From the NCBI GenBank assembly GCA_963664625.1, contig OY761541.1:3019606-3083605 (forward strand): a stretch of DNA of 64,000 nt, written 5' to 3'. How positions within the stretch are numbered: position 1 is the first letter of the stretch; every line of letters begins with the position of its first letter. The stretch is from Dehalococcoidia bacterium. GTDB lineage: Bacteria; Chloroflexota; Dehalococcoidia; Lucifugimonadales; UBA3495. Positions 29,227 through 37,875 of the stretch are shown here, piece by piece. Made by a program: the position numbers and the translations under genes. Below the pieces are notes generated by a model. The model was not told the DNA's origin. It did no database searches and saw only the letters and a list, made by a program, of their open reading frames with translations.

Positions 29227-29251
29227 GTCATTCCCGCGAAGGCGGGAATCC
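29227..29251 (+). repeat. REP-like hairpin, copy 3, with an extended 5' arm from 29178
   Basis: GTCATTCCCGCGAAGGCGGGAATCC is preceded by GTCTCAAAACTTGGCGCACTACCCAACCC and by a duplicated half-site, CGTCATCCCCGC. Confidence 0.85.
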
Positions 29252-29441
29252 GTAACCCTCGGTCTGCGCCGGCCACCAGTGTAGCAGAGTGTCGCCGCCC
29301 GCGTAGTGATTAGGAATCTACCCCCTGACATCTCCCCGTTGACACGCCGGATTATCCCCCGGTAGCCTGTAACTGTCGGGAAGCGGACACGGATTGAGCA
29401 ACCTGACCACTCAACCGCGGCGACTCTTCCGAGCACGGCAA

Positions 29442-29519
29442 AATGTCCGTGAATGTCCGCAAATGTCCGGCGACTACAAAATCCACCCCACGGCTACAAA
29501 ATCCACCTCATGGCTACAG
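29442..29519 (+). repeat. Helically phased short direct repeats (3 x AATGTCCG at 10-bp spacing, then 2.4 x a 20-mer)
   Basis: AATGTCCG occurs at 29442, 29452 and 29462. G[A/G]CTACAAAATCCACC[C/T]CA[C/T] occurs at 29472 and 29492, with a partial copy at 29512. Confidence 0.7.
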
Positions 29520-29733
29520 CGCCGTCCTGAACATCCTGGTCCGGTGGGACAACGGCCAACTCAGGTGGTTCGACCCGGAAACCAACGAGGAAGTCCCCAC
29601 ATTCGACCAGGAACGGGAAGGTCGTCTCGCCGAGCAGGAGGCAAGAATACGGGCAGAGGCCCGTGCCGAAATAGCCGAGGCCAGGGTTCGTAAACTGGAG
29701 GAGGAACTGGAACGCAGGGACAGAGGCGGTTAA
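29443..29733 (+). pseudogene. Possible C-terminal remnant of a Uma2-family (DUF820) endonuclease, with a coiled-coil tail
   Basis: VRWDNGQLRWFDPETNEEVPTFDQEREGRLAEQEARIRAEARAEIAEARVRKLEEELERR resembles the C-terminal tail I associate with Uma2 proteins. No nuclease domain lies upstream, and the 5' part of the ORF runs through the tandem repeats. Confidence 0.3.
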
Positions 29734-29816
29734 AGAGAAGCCGGCCAGATCGTCCCGGTTGACAGTCGTAAAGGCCCCGCCGATAATTTGACCCACCTGT
29801 TTCTCGAGGTCATTGG

Positions 29817-31010
29817 ATGGCTGATACCCCCGACGTGATAGTGGTGGGCGGCGGCATTATTGGCTGCTCGACGGCCTACTACCTGTCGCGCAGCGGCGCC
29901 CGTGTTCGGCTTTTCGACAAGGAGTCCATCGGAAGCGGCGCATCGGCCCACGCTACCGGCTCTCTCAGCCTGCTGGGAGCCGAGTTCACCGAAGGACCTT
30001 CCTTTCAGTTCGCGTTGAATGCCTACCGGGAGTTTCCTCCCTTGGTGAAAGACTTGGAGGCGGCCACTGGCGCCGACCTGCTTTTCCAGCAGCGTCCCTC
30101 TTTGAGACTGGCGTTGGACGACGAGGAAGAGAAGCTCATCAGGGATCTCATGGCTTGGCAGCAGCCCCACGTTTCCATGCGCTGGATCGACCGGGAGGAA
30201 GTCAACGCCATCGAGCCCCGCCTCACCGACCGGATTCAGGGCGCGGTCTACGAGGACGAGTCCGCCCAGTTGGACAGCTACCGCCTCACCTTGGCGCTGG
30301 CGCAAGCCGCCGAGCGGCTGGGAGCGGAAATTCACTTGCGCGAAGTGACCGGCTTGCTGGTCGAGGGGTCCAAGGTGACTGGCGTCCGCACTGCCTCCGG
30401 CGAAACGCATTGTGACGTGGTGGTCCTGGCGGCCGGAGCTTGGGCGGCGGCCTTCAGCGAGGACCTCCGTTTCCCCGTCCCGGTCCGACCATTGAAGGGC
30501 GAGCGCCTGATGCTTCGTTACGACGGCCCGCCCCTGCCGGTGCTCATCAGTTCGCCCAAGCGCGGCCATATGATAAGCCGCTTGGACGGGTTGTTGAGCG
30601 TGGGCAGCACCGGCGGGCGAGACTACGATCAGGAACAACTTTTCTGGGGCGAGGAGTTCGACCGTGTTCCCACCGAAGGGGCCAGGCTTGAACTGTTGCA
30701 AAGGGCCATTGACGTTTTCCCGGCATTGGAGTCGGCCGAGTTGGTGCACCAGTTGGCCGGGTCGCGCCCATTGAGCCCAGACCGGATGCCTATCATCGGG
30801 CCGGTCCCCGGAATGGACGGCGTGGTCCTTGCCACCGGACACACCACCAAGGGTATCCACTTGGGTCCCATCACCGGGCGGGTTATCGCCGATTACGTTA
30901 TGGGTGGCTGCGTTAAGGTGCCGGAGGACATCGAGGCGTTCCTTCCCGGCCGGTTTGCCGATCTGGCTGCGGCGGACTTCCATGCAAGCGGCCGGTTAGT
31001 GGACGAGTAG
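29817..31010 (+). CDS. FAD-dependent oxidoreductase (DAO/glycine oxidase-like)
   Basis: DVIVVGGGIIGCSTAYYL dinucleotide-binding motif, 397 aa. Confidence 0.9.
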   Translation: MADTPDVIVVGGGIIGCSTAYYLSRSGARVRLFDKESIGSGASAHATGSLSLLGAEFTEGPSFQFALNAYREFPPLVKDLEAATGADLLFQQRPSLRLALDDEEEKLIRDLMAWQQPHVSMRWIDREEVNAIEPRLTDRIQGAVYEDESAQLDSYRLTLALAQAAERLGAEIHLREVTGLLVEGSKVTGVRTASGETHCDVVVLAAGAWAAAFSEDLRFPVPVRPLKGERLMLRYDGPPLPVLISSPKRGHMISRLDGLLSVGSTGGRDYDQEQLFWGEEFDRVPTEGARLELLQRAIDVFPALESAELVHQLAGSRPLSPDRMPIIGPVPGMDGVVLATGHTTKGIHLGPITGRVIADYVMGGCVKVPEDIEAFLPGRFADLAAADFHASGRLVDE

Positions 31011-31047
31011 CATCCCGCGCAACACTTCATTCGTAAGGAAGGCGACA

Positions 31048-31428
31048 ATGACAATAACCGCCCCGGCCCGGGAAATATTCGATGATGCCCGGCAGCTTTA
31101 CCAGTCCGCCATCGAGCGGCTGGAAGCAGGCGATGTTCGGGATGCAGCGGAAAAGGCTTGGTGCGCCACGTTGAGGGCCACAAACGCATTGATTCTCACC
31201 AGGACCGGGGAAGAGCCTCTGAAAACACCTGAAACCAGCCGGTTGTTGGATGCCATCGTAAGTGAAGACCGTAGGGTGGCGGAGTTGGTTGGGCGATACT
31301 ATTCCAGGCAGACCCGGCTGCATGGCGATTGTTTCTACCTTGGATTGCCGCCGACTCCAGATATGGAGCGGCGCATTCGAGAGACAGACCTCTACATAAG
31401 GGATGCTGAAATTTTGGCCGATTCTTGA
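31048..31428 (+). CDS. PaREP1/HEPN-like helical protein
   Basis: 126 aa. ARQLYQSAIERLEAGDVRDAAEKAWCATLRATNALI shares a pattern with the 20358..20882 product. Confidence 0.5.
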   Translation: MTITAPAREIFDDARQLYQSAIERLEAGDVRDAAEKAWCATLRATNALILTRTGEEPLKTPETSRLLDAIVSEDRRVAELVGRYYSRQTRLHGDCFYLGLPPTPDMERRIRETDLYIRDAEILADS

Positions 31429-31489
31429 CGTACACGCTTGAAATTCGCTTTGCGGTCCAGTTTTCATTATAAAAGGGAGGTAAGGCAGT

Positions 31490-31996
31490 ATGGGCATTCA
31501 AATCAACGGCGTTGGGCATTTGGGCATACTGGTGTCGGACTTTGACAGGTCGTTTAAGTTCTATACCGAGGTAATGGGTTGCTTGGTGACCAATCTGCGC
31601 AGGGCTGAGGACGGGCGGCAGACGGCGTTCCTCCGGTTCGGTGAAAACCACCACGACATTGTCATCTCGGAAGCCCCGTCCACCGTGGACGTTACCGCCA
31701 ACCAGGGCGGCGAGCGGCTGATCCAGCAGATCGCCTTCATGGTCGAGGACCGGGAAGCGTACTTGAACGCCTTGGCGCACCTCCACTCCCACGGCATCGA
31801 AATGGTCAGCGGCCCCCTGATTCACGGGCCGGAAGGCGGCGGCGGCGTGCTCGGCAGCGGCAGCAGGTCCTTCTACTTCAACGACCCCGACGGCAACCGG
31901 CTGGAAATCTACACCGACTCCGTCAAGGTCCGCAACGGCGAGCAGTTCCCCAGCCCTGAAATAGCCGCCGCACTCAAGCACTACACCAACGTATAA
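31490..31996 (+). CDS. VOC family protein (glyoxalase/extradiol dioxygenase fold)
   Basis: INGVGHLGILVSDFDRSFKFYTEVMG ... FYFNDPDGNRLEIY. Confidence 0.85.
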   Translation: MGIQINGVGHLGILVSDFDRSFKFYTEVMGCLVTNLRRAEDGRQTAFLRFGENHHDIVISEAPSTVDVTANQGGERLIQQIAFMVEDREAYLNALAHLHSHGIEMVSGPLIHGPEGGGGVLGSGSRSFYFNDPDGNRLEIYTDSVKVRNGEQFPSPEIAAALKHYTNV

Positions 31997-32008
31997 CCGA
32001 CTCCAGGA

Positions 32009-32104
32009 GTGTCATTCCGCTCCCCCGACAACGTTATCCCGGCCCTTCCAACAACGTTGTCCCGGCTCTCCCCCAAACGTCATTCCGGCCTTGAGCCGGA
32101 ATCC
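32009..32104 (+). repeat. Four degenerate ~23-bp tandem units ending in a variant REP hairpin (GTCATTCCGGCCTTGAGCCGGAATCC, 32079-32104)
   Basis: The units begin GTGTCATTCCGC, ACGTTATCCCGGC, ACGTTGTCCCGGC and ACGTCATTCCGGC. The last one forms the stem ATTCCGGC/GCCGGAAT. Confidence 0.7.
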
Positions 32105-32115
32105 AGGAGAAAGTC

Positions 32116-32526
32116 ATGGCAAAGATTCGTCACATCGCATTGACCACCGAGAACCCGGAGCAGGTCGCGGCCTTCTACAAAGAGGCCTTCGAGATGGAAG
32201 AGGTGCGCCGCAGCGACAACGGTGCGGTTTTCCTTTCCGACGGTTACATCAACCTGGCCATACTCAACTGGAAACATTCCGACAAGGATGCCGATGTCGG
32301 CCCCAACGGCAACAACTACAACGGCATCCACCACATAGGGTTCCTGGTCGACGACCTGGACGAAGCTTGCGAGAAGCTGGAGCAGGTCAACGGAACGGCC
32401 ATCACCACCAGGGAGGGGCTGGACATGATTGCCCCCGGCGCGCCGCGCAACTTCGAAATGAAGTGGTCCGGACCCGACGGCGTGGTGCTCGACATATCCC
32501 AGACAGGCTGGGTAACCGGCAAATAA
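32116..32526 (+). CDS. VOC family protein (glyoxalase/bleomycin-resistance fold)
   Basis: IRHIALTTENPEQVAAFYKEAF ... GIHHIGFLVDD. Confidence 0.85.
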   Translation: MAKIRHIALTTENPEQVAAFYKEAFEMEEVRRSDNGAVFLSDGYINLAILNWKHSDKDADVGPNGNNYNGIHHIGFLVDDLDEACEKLEQVNGTAITTREGLDMIAPGAPRNFEMKWSGPDGVVLDISQTGWVTGK

Positions 32527-32663
32527 CCTGCTTCGCATCCTGCCATCCGCATCATGTGGGGCCGCCTGTTGTCCATCCCAAGGTTGGGCCAATAGAGCGG
32601 CCCTATCATTCGCATCTCGCATCGTTCGCATCCCCCGTCACTTTGAGTAAATGGAGGCCGGCC

Positions 32664-34409
32664 ATGCCTGAATCAACCGCCATCACAGTGCAGTCCAACG
32701 TCGCTGTTCCTATGCGGGACGGAATCACCCTGTACGCCGACATTTACCGTCCCGAGGGCCCGGGACCCTTCCCGGTATTGCTCCAACGGACTCCCTACGA
32801 CAAGGGCGCTCCCCTGTCCATGACGGCCCTCGACCCGTTGAAGGCCGCTCGTAACGGCTACGTCGCCATGATACAGGACGTGCGTGGCCGCTACGCATCG
32901 GACGGCGAGTTTTACTGCTTTGTCAACGAAATCAACGACGGCTACGATACGGTCGAATGGGCCGCCGCCCAGTCCTGGTCAACCGGCAAGGTGGGCATGT
33001 ACGGCGCGTCCTACGTCGGCGCGACCCAATGGCTGGCGGCCCTGTCCAAGCCGCCTCACCTGTCGGCCATCATTCCCACCGTCACCGCCTCCAACTATCA
33101 CGAAGGCTGGACGTATCAGGGCGGCGCATTCGAGCTTGGCTTCAACGTATCCTGGACTTTGCTCCAACTTACCCTCGCCAACCTGGCCAACATCGCCGCC
33201 GCCAAGACCGTCGCGCCGGATACGCGGAACAAGCTGGTCAAGGCCGTGGACGGCATGGAAGAGTCGTTCAAGGTCTATCCCCTCAACGACTTCCCCTACC
33301 TCAAGGACGGCTTGGCCGACTACTTCTACGACTGGCTGGTCCATCCCGAATACGACGACTATTGGAAGGCGTTGTGCATCGAGGCCCATCACGCCCAAAT
33401 CGACGTTCCCGCATTGAACATCGGCGGGTGGTACGACATCTTCCTGGGCGGCACCATCCGCAACTACCTTGGGATGCGGGAAAACGGGGCCGGCGACGAC
33501 GCCCGGCGCGGCCAGAAGCTGATCATCGGCCCTTGGCAGCACGGCTCCCGCGGCACCAGCATGGCCGGCGAACACTACTTCGGCCTTGCCGCCGACGCCC
33601 TGGCCATCGACATGGACAAGATATACTTCCGCTGGTTCGACCACTGGTTGAAGGGCGCGGACGACGGCGTGCTGGACGATGCCCCCGTCAAGATTTTCGT
33701 AATGGGCGACAACGCTTGGCGCGATGAGCAGGAATGGCCGCTGGCCCGCGCCGTCAACACCAGCTACTATCTCCACAGCCAAGGCAAGGCCAACTCGCTC
33801 CACGGCAACGGCGTCCTCAGCGTGGACGCCCCCGGCGACGAGCCGCCGGACGTGTTCCTTTACAATCCGTCGGACCCCGTTCCCACCAAGGGCGGCCAAC
33901 TGTGCTGCAACCCCTACTTCGCGGCCAACGGCGCGTTCGACCAGAACGAGGTGGAGAAGCGCGAGGACGTGCTGGTCTATTCGACGCCGCCGTTGCAGAG
34001 GGACACCGAGGTCACGGGGCCGGTTACTGTTACCCTGTGGGCAGCTACCTCGGCGACGGACACTGACTTCACCGCCAAGCTGGTTGACGTGTGCGAGGAT
34101 GGGTGCGCTCGCAACCTGACCGACGGCATCATCCGGGCCAGGTACCGCGACTCAGCCGTTTCCTCGACGCTGGTTGAGCCGGGCCGGGCCTACTGCTACA
34201 CCATAGACTTGTGGGCCACCAGCAATGTCTTCAAGGCGGGGCACCGCATCCGGGTGGAAATCTCCAGCAGCAACTTCCCCCGATTCGACCGCAACCCCAA
34301 CACCGGCACGGTCATCGCCGGAGAGCCCCAACTCAAACCCGCCCTCCAGACGGTGCTCCACGACGCCCGGCACCCGTCCCACATCACCCTGCCAATAGTC
34401 CCGCGGTAA
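32664..34409 (+). CDS. CocE/NonD family hydrolase (X-Pro dipeptidyl-peptidase S15 fold)
   Basis: VPMRDGITLYADIYRPEGPGPFPVLLQRTPY, GMYGASYVG nucleophile, and a C-terminal jelly-roll (GHRIRVEISSSNFPRFDRNPNTG). ATG at 32664 follows GGAGG. The upstream part of the track ORF is an Arg/Pro-rich artefact. Confidence 0.9.
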   Translation: MPESTAITVQSNVAVPMRDGITLYADIYRPEGPGPFPVLLQRTPYDKGAPLSMTALDPLKAARNGYVAMIQDVRGRYASDGEFYCFVNEINDGYDTVEWAAAQSWSTGKVGMYGASYVGATQWLAALSKPPHLSAIIPTVTASNYHEGWTYQGGAFELGFNVSWTLLQLTLANLANIAAAKTVAPDTRNKLVKAVDGMEESFKVYPLNDFPYLKDGLADYFYDWLVHPEYDDYWKALCIEAHHAQIDVPALNIGGWYDIFLGGTIRNYLGMRENGAGDDARRGQKLIIGPWQHGSRGTSMAGEHYFGLAADALAIDMDKIYFRWFDHWLKGADDGVLDDAPVKIFVMGDNAWRDEQEWPLARAVNTSYYLHSQGKANSLHGNGVLSVDAPGDEPPDVFLYNPSDPVPTKGGQLCCNPYFAANGAFDQNEVEKREDVLVYSTPPLQRDTEVTGPVTVTLWAATSATDTDFTAKLVDVCEDGCARNLTDGIIRARYRDSAVSSTLVEPGRAYCYTIDLWATSNVFKAGHRIRVEISSSNFPRFDRNPNTGTVIAGEPQLKPALQTVLHDARHPSHITLPIVPR

Positions 34410-34451
34410 CGGCCGAGATGGGGTGTTATTGATGACGGGCCAATACGAGCG

Positions 34452-34484
34452 AGGCCCGACACGCGACCTGCGGTCGGGCCTTTA
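34452..34484 (+). terminator. Hairpin terminator after the CocE/NonD gene
   Basis: AGGCCCGAC ... GTCGGGCCT stem followed by TTT. Confidence 0.5.
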
Positions 34485-34494
34485 GTCCTGTGCT

Positions 34495-34519
34495 GTCATT
34501 CCCGCGAAGGCGGGAATCC
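34495..34519 (+). repeat. REP-like hairpin, copy 4
   Basis: GTCATTCCCGCGAAGGCGGGAATCC in a convergent intergenic region. Confidence 0.85.
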
Positions 34520-34558
34520 AGAATGTGTCAGAGAGGGGCGCTTCTATTCCTGTTGACC

Positions 34559-35086
34559 CTACGGCACGTTCTTTCTAGCCTCGCAGGAACGGGTAGCCAC
34601 GTCATCGTCTCCGCCTTGGCCGTCGCACAGGTCCATTCCGTGCCCGCCTACTAGCAGGTCTTTGTCGTCGCCGCCGTAGAGCACATCGTCACCGGTCCCG
34701 CCGAACACCCAGTCGTCGCCGCCTTCTCCTCTCAATATGTCATTGCCGTAGCCGCCGGTCACCAGGTCGGTGCCGTTGCCGCCCTTCAGGAAGTCGTTGC
34801 CGGCCCGGCCCAGGACTATATCGTCGCCGTCGCCTCCGTACATCACGTCCGACCCGGCGCCGCCAATCAACCAGTCGTTGCCCCCCAGCCCGATAATGAT
34901 CAGGTCTTCGGTCGATTTTTCGCAGTTGATGGTGTCGTTCATCGGTGTGCCAATGATGATGCGCCCCGTTTTCACCCCGTCGCCGGTACACACAGGCCGG
35001 GTTTGGGCGTGGGCTACGTCGCCGACGTTGAATGAGACCAGGGCCACCGCTGCAACCAGCAAGGCGAGGCTGATATGTCTTTTCAT
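34559..35086 (-). CDS. Secreted calcium-binding protein with RTX (GGxGxD) nonapeptide repeats
   Basis: Signal peptide MKRHISLALLVAAVALVSFNVGDVAHA, then repeats such as GGNDWLIGGAGSDVMYGGDGDDIVLG. Confidence 0.8.
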   Translation of the reverse strand: MKRHISLALLVAAVALVSFNVGDVAHAQTRPVCTGDGVKTGRIIIGTPMNDTINCEKSTEDLIIIGLGGNDWLIGGAGSDVMYGGDGDDIVLGRAGNDFLKGGNGTDLVTGGYGNDILRGEGGDDWVFGGTGDDVLYGGDDKDLLVGGHGMDLCDGQGGDDDVATRSCEARKNVP

Positions 35087-35284
35087 GTCTGTTATTCTCC
35101 CGATGCCTTCCGGTAAAACGATTACACATTACTACAAGAACCGGCAGACAGCCACCGCACAACCGCCCGCCGTTGACAGTGGAAGTAGCCTTATTTACAC
35201 TCGCTTACGCTTCACCCCCACGGACCACCGCACCGAACCGGCGGCGACGGTGTGCCGTAATCAACCGGTCTACGGAGGCATGAT

Positions 35285-36706
35285 ATGGCGGACGCCAGAG
35301 TGGACACCATAATCCACGGCGGGCAGGTGGTTACATCGACTCAGACCATTGATGCTGCCGTCGCTATTTCCGGAGAAAAAATCGTCGCGCTGGGGCCGGA
35401 GGGACTGCTGCCCCCGGCGGACAATTACATCGACGCTACCGGCAAGTTTGTCCTCCCCGGCCTGATTGACGCCCACGTGCACCTGGACGGCCACGACGAC
35501 TACGAGCTTGGCTCGCTGGCCGCCGCTCGGGCGGGCTTGACCACCCTGATCCCCTTCGGGTCCTACGACGTGGAGAAAGAGGAAACCCTCCCGCAGGCCA
35601 TCAACCGCACCAAGGAAGAGATAGCAACGTCGGCGTTGGTGGACTTCGGCTTTCACTTCATCCTGCAAAACCGCCCCTACATCCTCAAAGACCTGCCCCA
35701 GGCGCTTGAAATGGGTGTCAAGTCGTACAAGATGTTCATGACCTACAAGAAGCGCCCCAACCGCATGTGCGACGACGACTTCATTTGCAGCGCCATGGAG
35801 CATGTCTCCGCCGGCAACGGTGTGCTGCAACTCCACTGCGAAAGCGGCAACATTATTGAATACCTTGAGAACAAGCTTCTGGGTGAAGGGCACGTCCACC
35901 CCACCCACTTCCCGGAAGCTTGTCCCGACTGGGCCGAAGAAGAGGCCATCAACCGCGCCATTCGCATGGGCGCCGCCACCAACTGCCCCACCTACGTGGT
36001 GCATCTCAGCACCCAACTGGGGCTGGAGCGCATCAAGCAGGCCCAAGCCACAGGCCAACTGGTGTGGACCGAGACCTGTCCCCAATACCTGCTGCTCTCC
36101 GACGCTGAAATGGCCAAGGTGGGACCCTTGGCCAAGATCGGCCCGCCGTTGCGGGCAGAGGACGGCCCTGACCGGGACGCTCTGTGGCGGGGGCTTGAGC
36201 AGGGCTACACTTCCATCGTCGCCAGTGACCACTCGCCCCACCCCTGGGAACTGAAGCAAATCGGGTGGGACAACATCTTTGTAACCCCGGAAGGCGCTTC
36301 GGTGCCCTTCGGCTCTCCGGGTGTGGAGACGATAGTCTCTTTGATGTACAGCGAGGGCGTGGTGAAGCGGGGGTTGCCCATCTGGTGGCTGGCCAGGGTA
36401 ATGTCCGAGAACCCGGCCAGGATCTTCGGCCTCTATCCCCGGAAGGGTGTGATACAGGTGGGATCTGACGCCGACATCCTGATAATCGACCCGCAGGGAG
36501 ACCGCATCATCACCGCCAAGGACCACCAGAGCAACGCTGGATATAGCCTGTTCGAAGGCTGGGAGGTGAAGGGCAGGCCTTGGATGACCTTGCTGCGGGG
36601 CAAGGTGTTGCTGAACCCCGACGGAGAACTGGACCAGAAGCCCGGCTATGGCCAGTTCCTTTCCTGCACCGGCCCCAGGTCTCCCATGGGCGGCCCCGTG
36701 CAGTAA
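35285..36706 (+). CDS. Dihydropyrimidinase/hydantoinase family amidohydrolase
   Basis: LPGLIDAHVHL ... KSYKMFMTYK (carboxylated-Lys region) ... ASDHSP. 473 aa. Confidence 0.9.
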   Translation: MADARVDTIIHGGQVVTSTQTIDAAVAISGEKIVALGPEGLLPPADNYIDATGKFVLPGLIDAHVHLDGHDDYELGSLAAARAGLTTLIPFGSYDVEKEETLPQAINRTKEEIATSALVDFGFHFILQNRPYILKDLPQALEMGVKSYKMFMTYKKRPNRMCDDDFICSAMEHVSAGNGVLQLHCESGNIIEYLENKLLGEGHVHPTHFPEACPDWAEEEAINRAIRMGAATNCPTYVVHLSTQLGLERIKQAQATGQLVWTETCPQYLLLSDAEMAKVGPLAKIGPPLRAEDGPDRDALWRGLEQGYTSIVASDHSPHPWELKQIGWDNIFVTPEGASVPFGSPGVETIVSLMYSEGVVKRGLPIWWLARVMSENPARIFGLYPRKGVIQVGSDADILIIDPQGDRIITAKDHQSNAGYSLFEGWEVKGRPWMTLLRGKVLLNPDGELDQKPGYGQFLSCTGPRSPMGGPVQ

Positions 36707-36758
36707 GGCCCATACGTCCGGCGCCGCGGGCGCAGCGGCGCCGAGACGGGTGTGGTGT

Positions 36759-37787
36759 CTACTTGAAGTTGGGGATGACCTTCTCGGTCAACAACCGCAC
36801 CGAGTTCATAACCCGGTCGTCGGGCACTTGGCCGCCATAGTTCATCTCCAGCACCACCCCGGAAATATCCAGTTCGTCCCGGTACTCTCGCAGCCTTTCG
36901 GTCACTTCCTCCGGGGTGCCGTACATGACGCGCTGCCGTAGTACGTCTTCATAGGGCGTCTGGGCCATTTGTCTCAGCCGTTCGGCGCCCTCTTCGCTGG
37001 CCGCTGTCTTGATCAACTCCGTCGCGGCGTAGGTTATGGCGTGCATCGTGCTGGACTGGGGTTCCGACCGGGCCGCCTCGGTGGTTTCCGCAACGTAGGC
37101 GGGTATCCGTAACACCACCTCTCCCGGCCCTTCGTGGCCGGCTTCCTGGCGGCACGCCCGGTAGTCGGCCAACCGTTCCTGCAGCTGAGGGATAGGCGTG
37201 TTGGCGCTGATGAAGATAGGATGTCCCAGCTTGCCGATCTGCGTGTAGGTGTCGGCGGATGCCGCGGCGACGCGGGTGGGCGGATAGGGTTGCTGCAATG
37301 GTTGAGGCACCACCTGCACGTCCTGGTAAGAGTAGAAATCTCCCTCGTATGAGAATGGCCCGCCCTGCCAAGCCCGCATGATCACTTCCAGCGACTCCAG
37401 GAAGCGGCTGCGGCTTTCGGAGTAGGGCACGTTGTAGCCCTCGTAGTACTTGGTGAGTCCGCTCCGTCCAATGCCGAACTCGAACCGGCCCTTGCTGATA
37501 TGGTCCACTGTGGCGGCTTCCTCGGCGACTCGAAGAGGGTTGGTCAATGGCAGCACTTGCACCGCCAGCCCGATTCGGATTCTGCTGGTACGGGCGGCGA
37601 TGGCGCTGGCGATTACCAGCGGCGAGGCCAATACCGACCTCTCCGGGCTGAAGTGGTGCTCCGCCAGCCACACCGAGTCCATGCCCATCTGCTCGGCCCG
37701 GTCAATCTGGCTGAAGGACTCTTCGAAGGCCTCCGCTTGGGTCATGCCTTGGCGAACGTGGAAGTCGGTAAACATGCCGAAATCCAT
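36759..37787 (-). CDS. LLM-class (luciferase-like) flavin-dependent oxidoreductase
   Basis: MDFGMFTDF...AEQMGMDSVWLAEHHF... pattern, 342 aa. Confidence 0.9.
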   Translation of the reverse strand: MDFGMFTDFHVRQGMTQAEAFEESFSQIDRAEQMGMDSVWLAEHHFSPERSVLASPLVIASAIAARTSRIRIGLAVQVLPLTNPLRVAEEAATVDHISKGRFEFGIGRSGLTKYYEGYNVPYSESRSRFLESLEVIMRAWQGGPFSYEGDFYSYQDVQVVPQPLQQPYPPTRVAAASADTYTQIGKLGHPIFISANTPIPQLQERLADYRACRQEAGHEGPGEVVLRIPAYVAETTEAARSEPQSSTMHAITYAATELIKTAASEEGAERLRQMAQTPYEDVLRQRVMYGTPEEVTERLREYRDELDISGVVLEMNYGGQVPDDRVMNSVRLLTEKVIPNFK

Positions 37788-37875
37788 ATTCCTCTCCTTT
37801 TCACGGTAAGACTTGGGAATCTTTCGTTGATTCCGAGTCTAGGCGTCCCCTCTGACGGCGTCAATCCCGTCGCCG

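Noticed and set aside
32091-32663. Long upstream extension of the CocE/NonD ORF (track 32091..34409)
   Set aside because: The extension overlaps the VOC gene 32116..32526 in another frame and is Arg/Pro/Gly-rich. A GGAGG-preceded ATG at 32664 gives the canonical family N-terminus.
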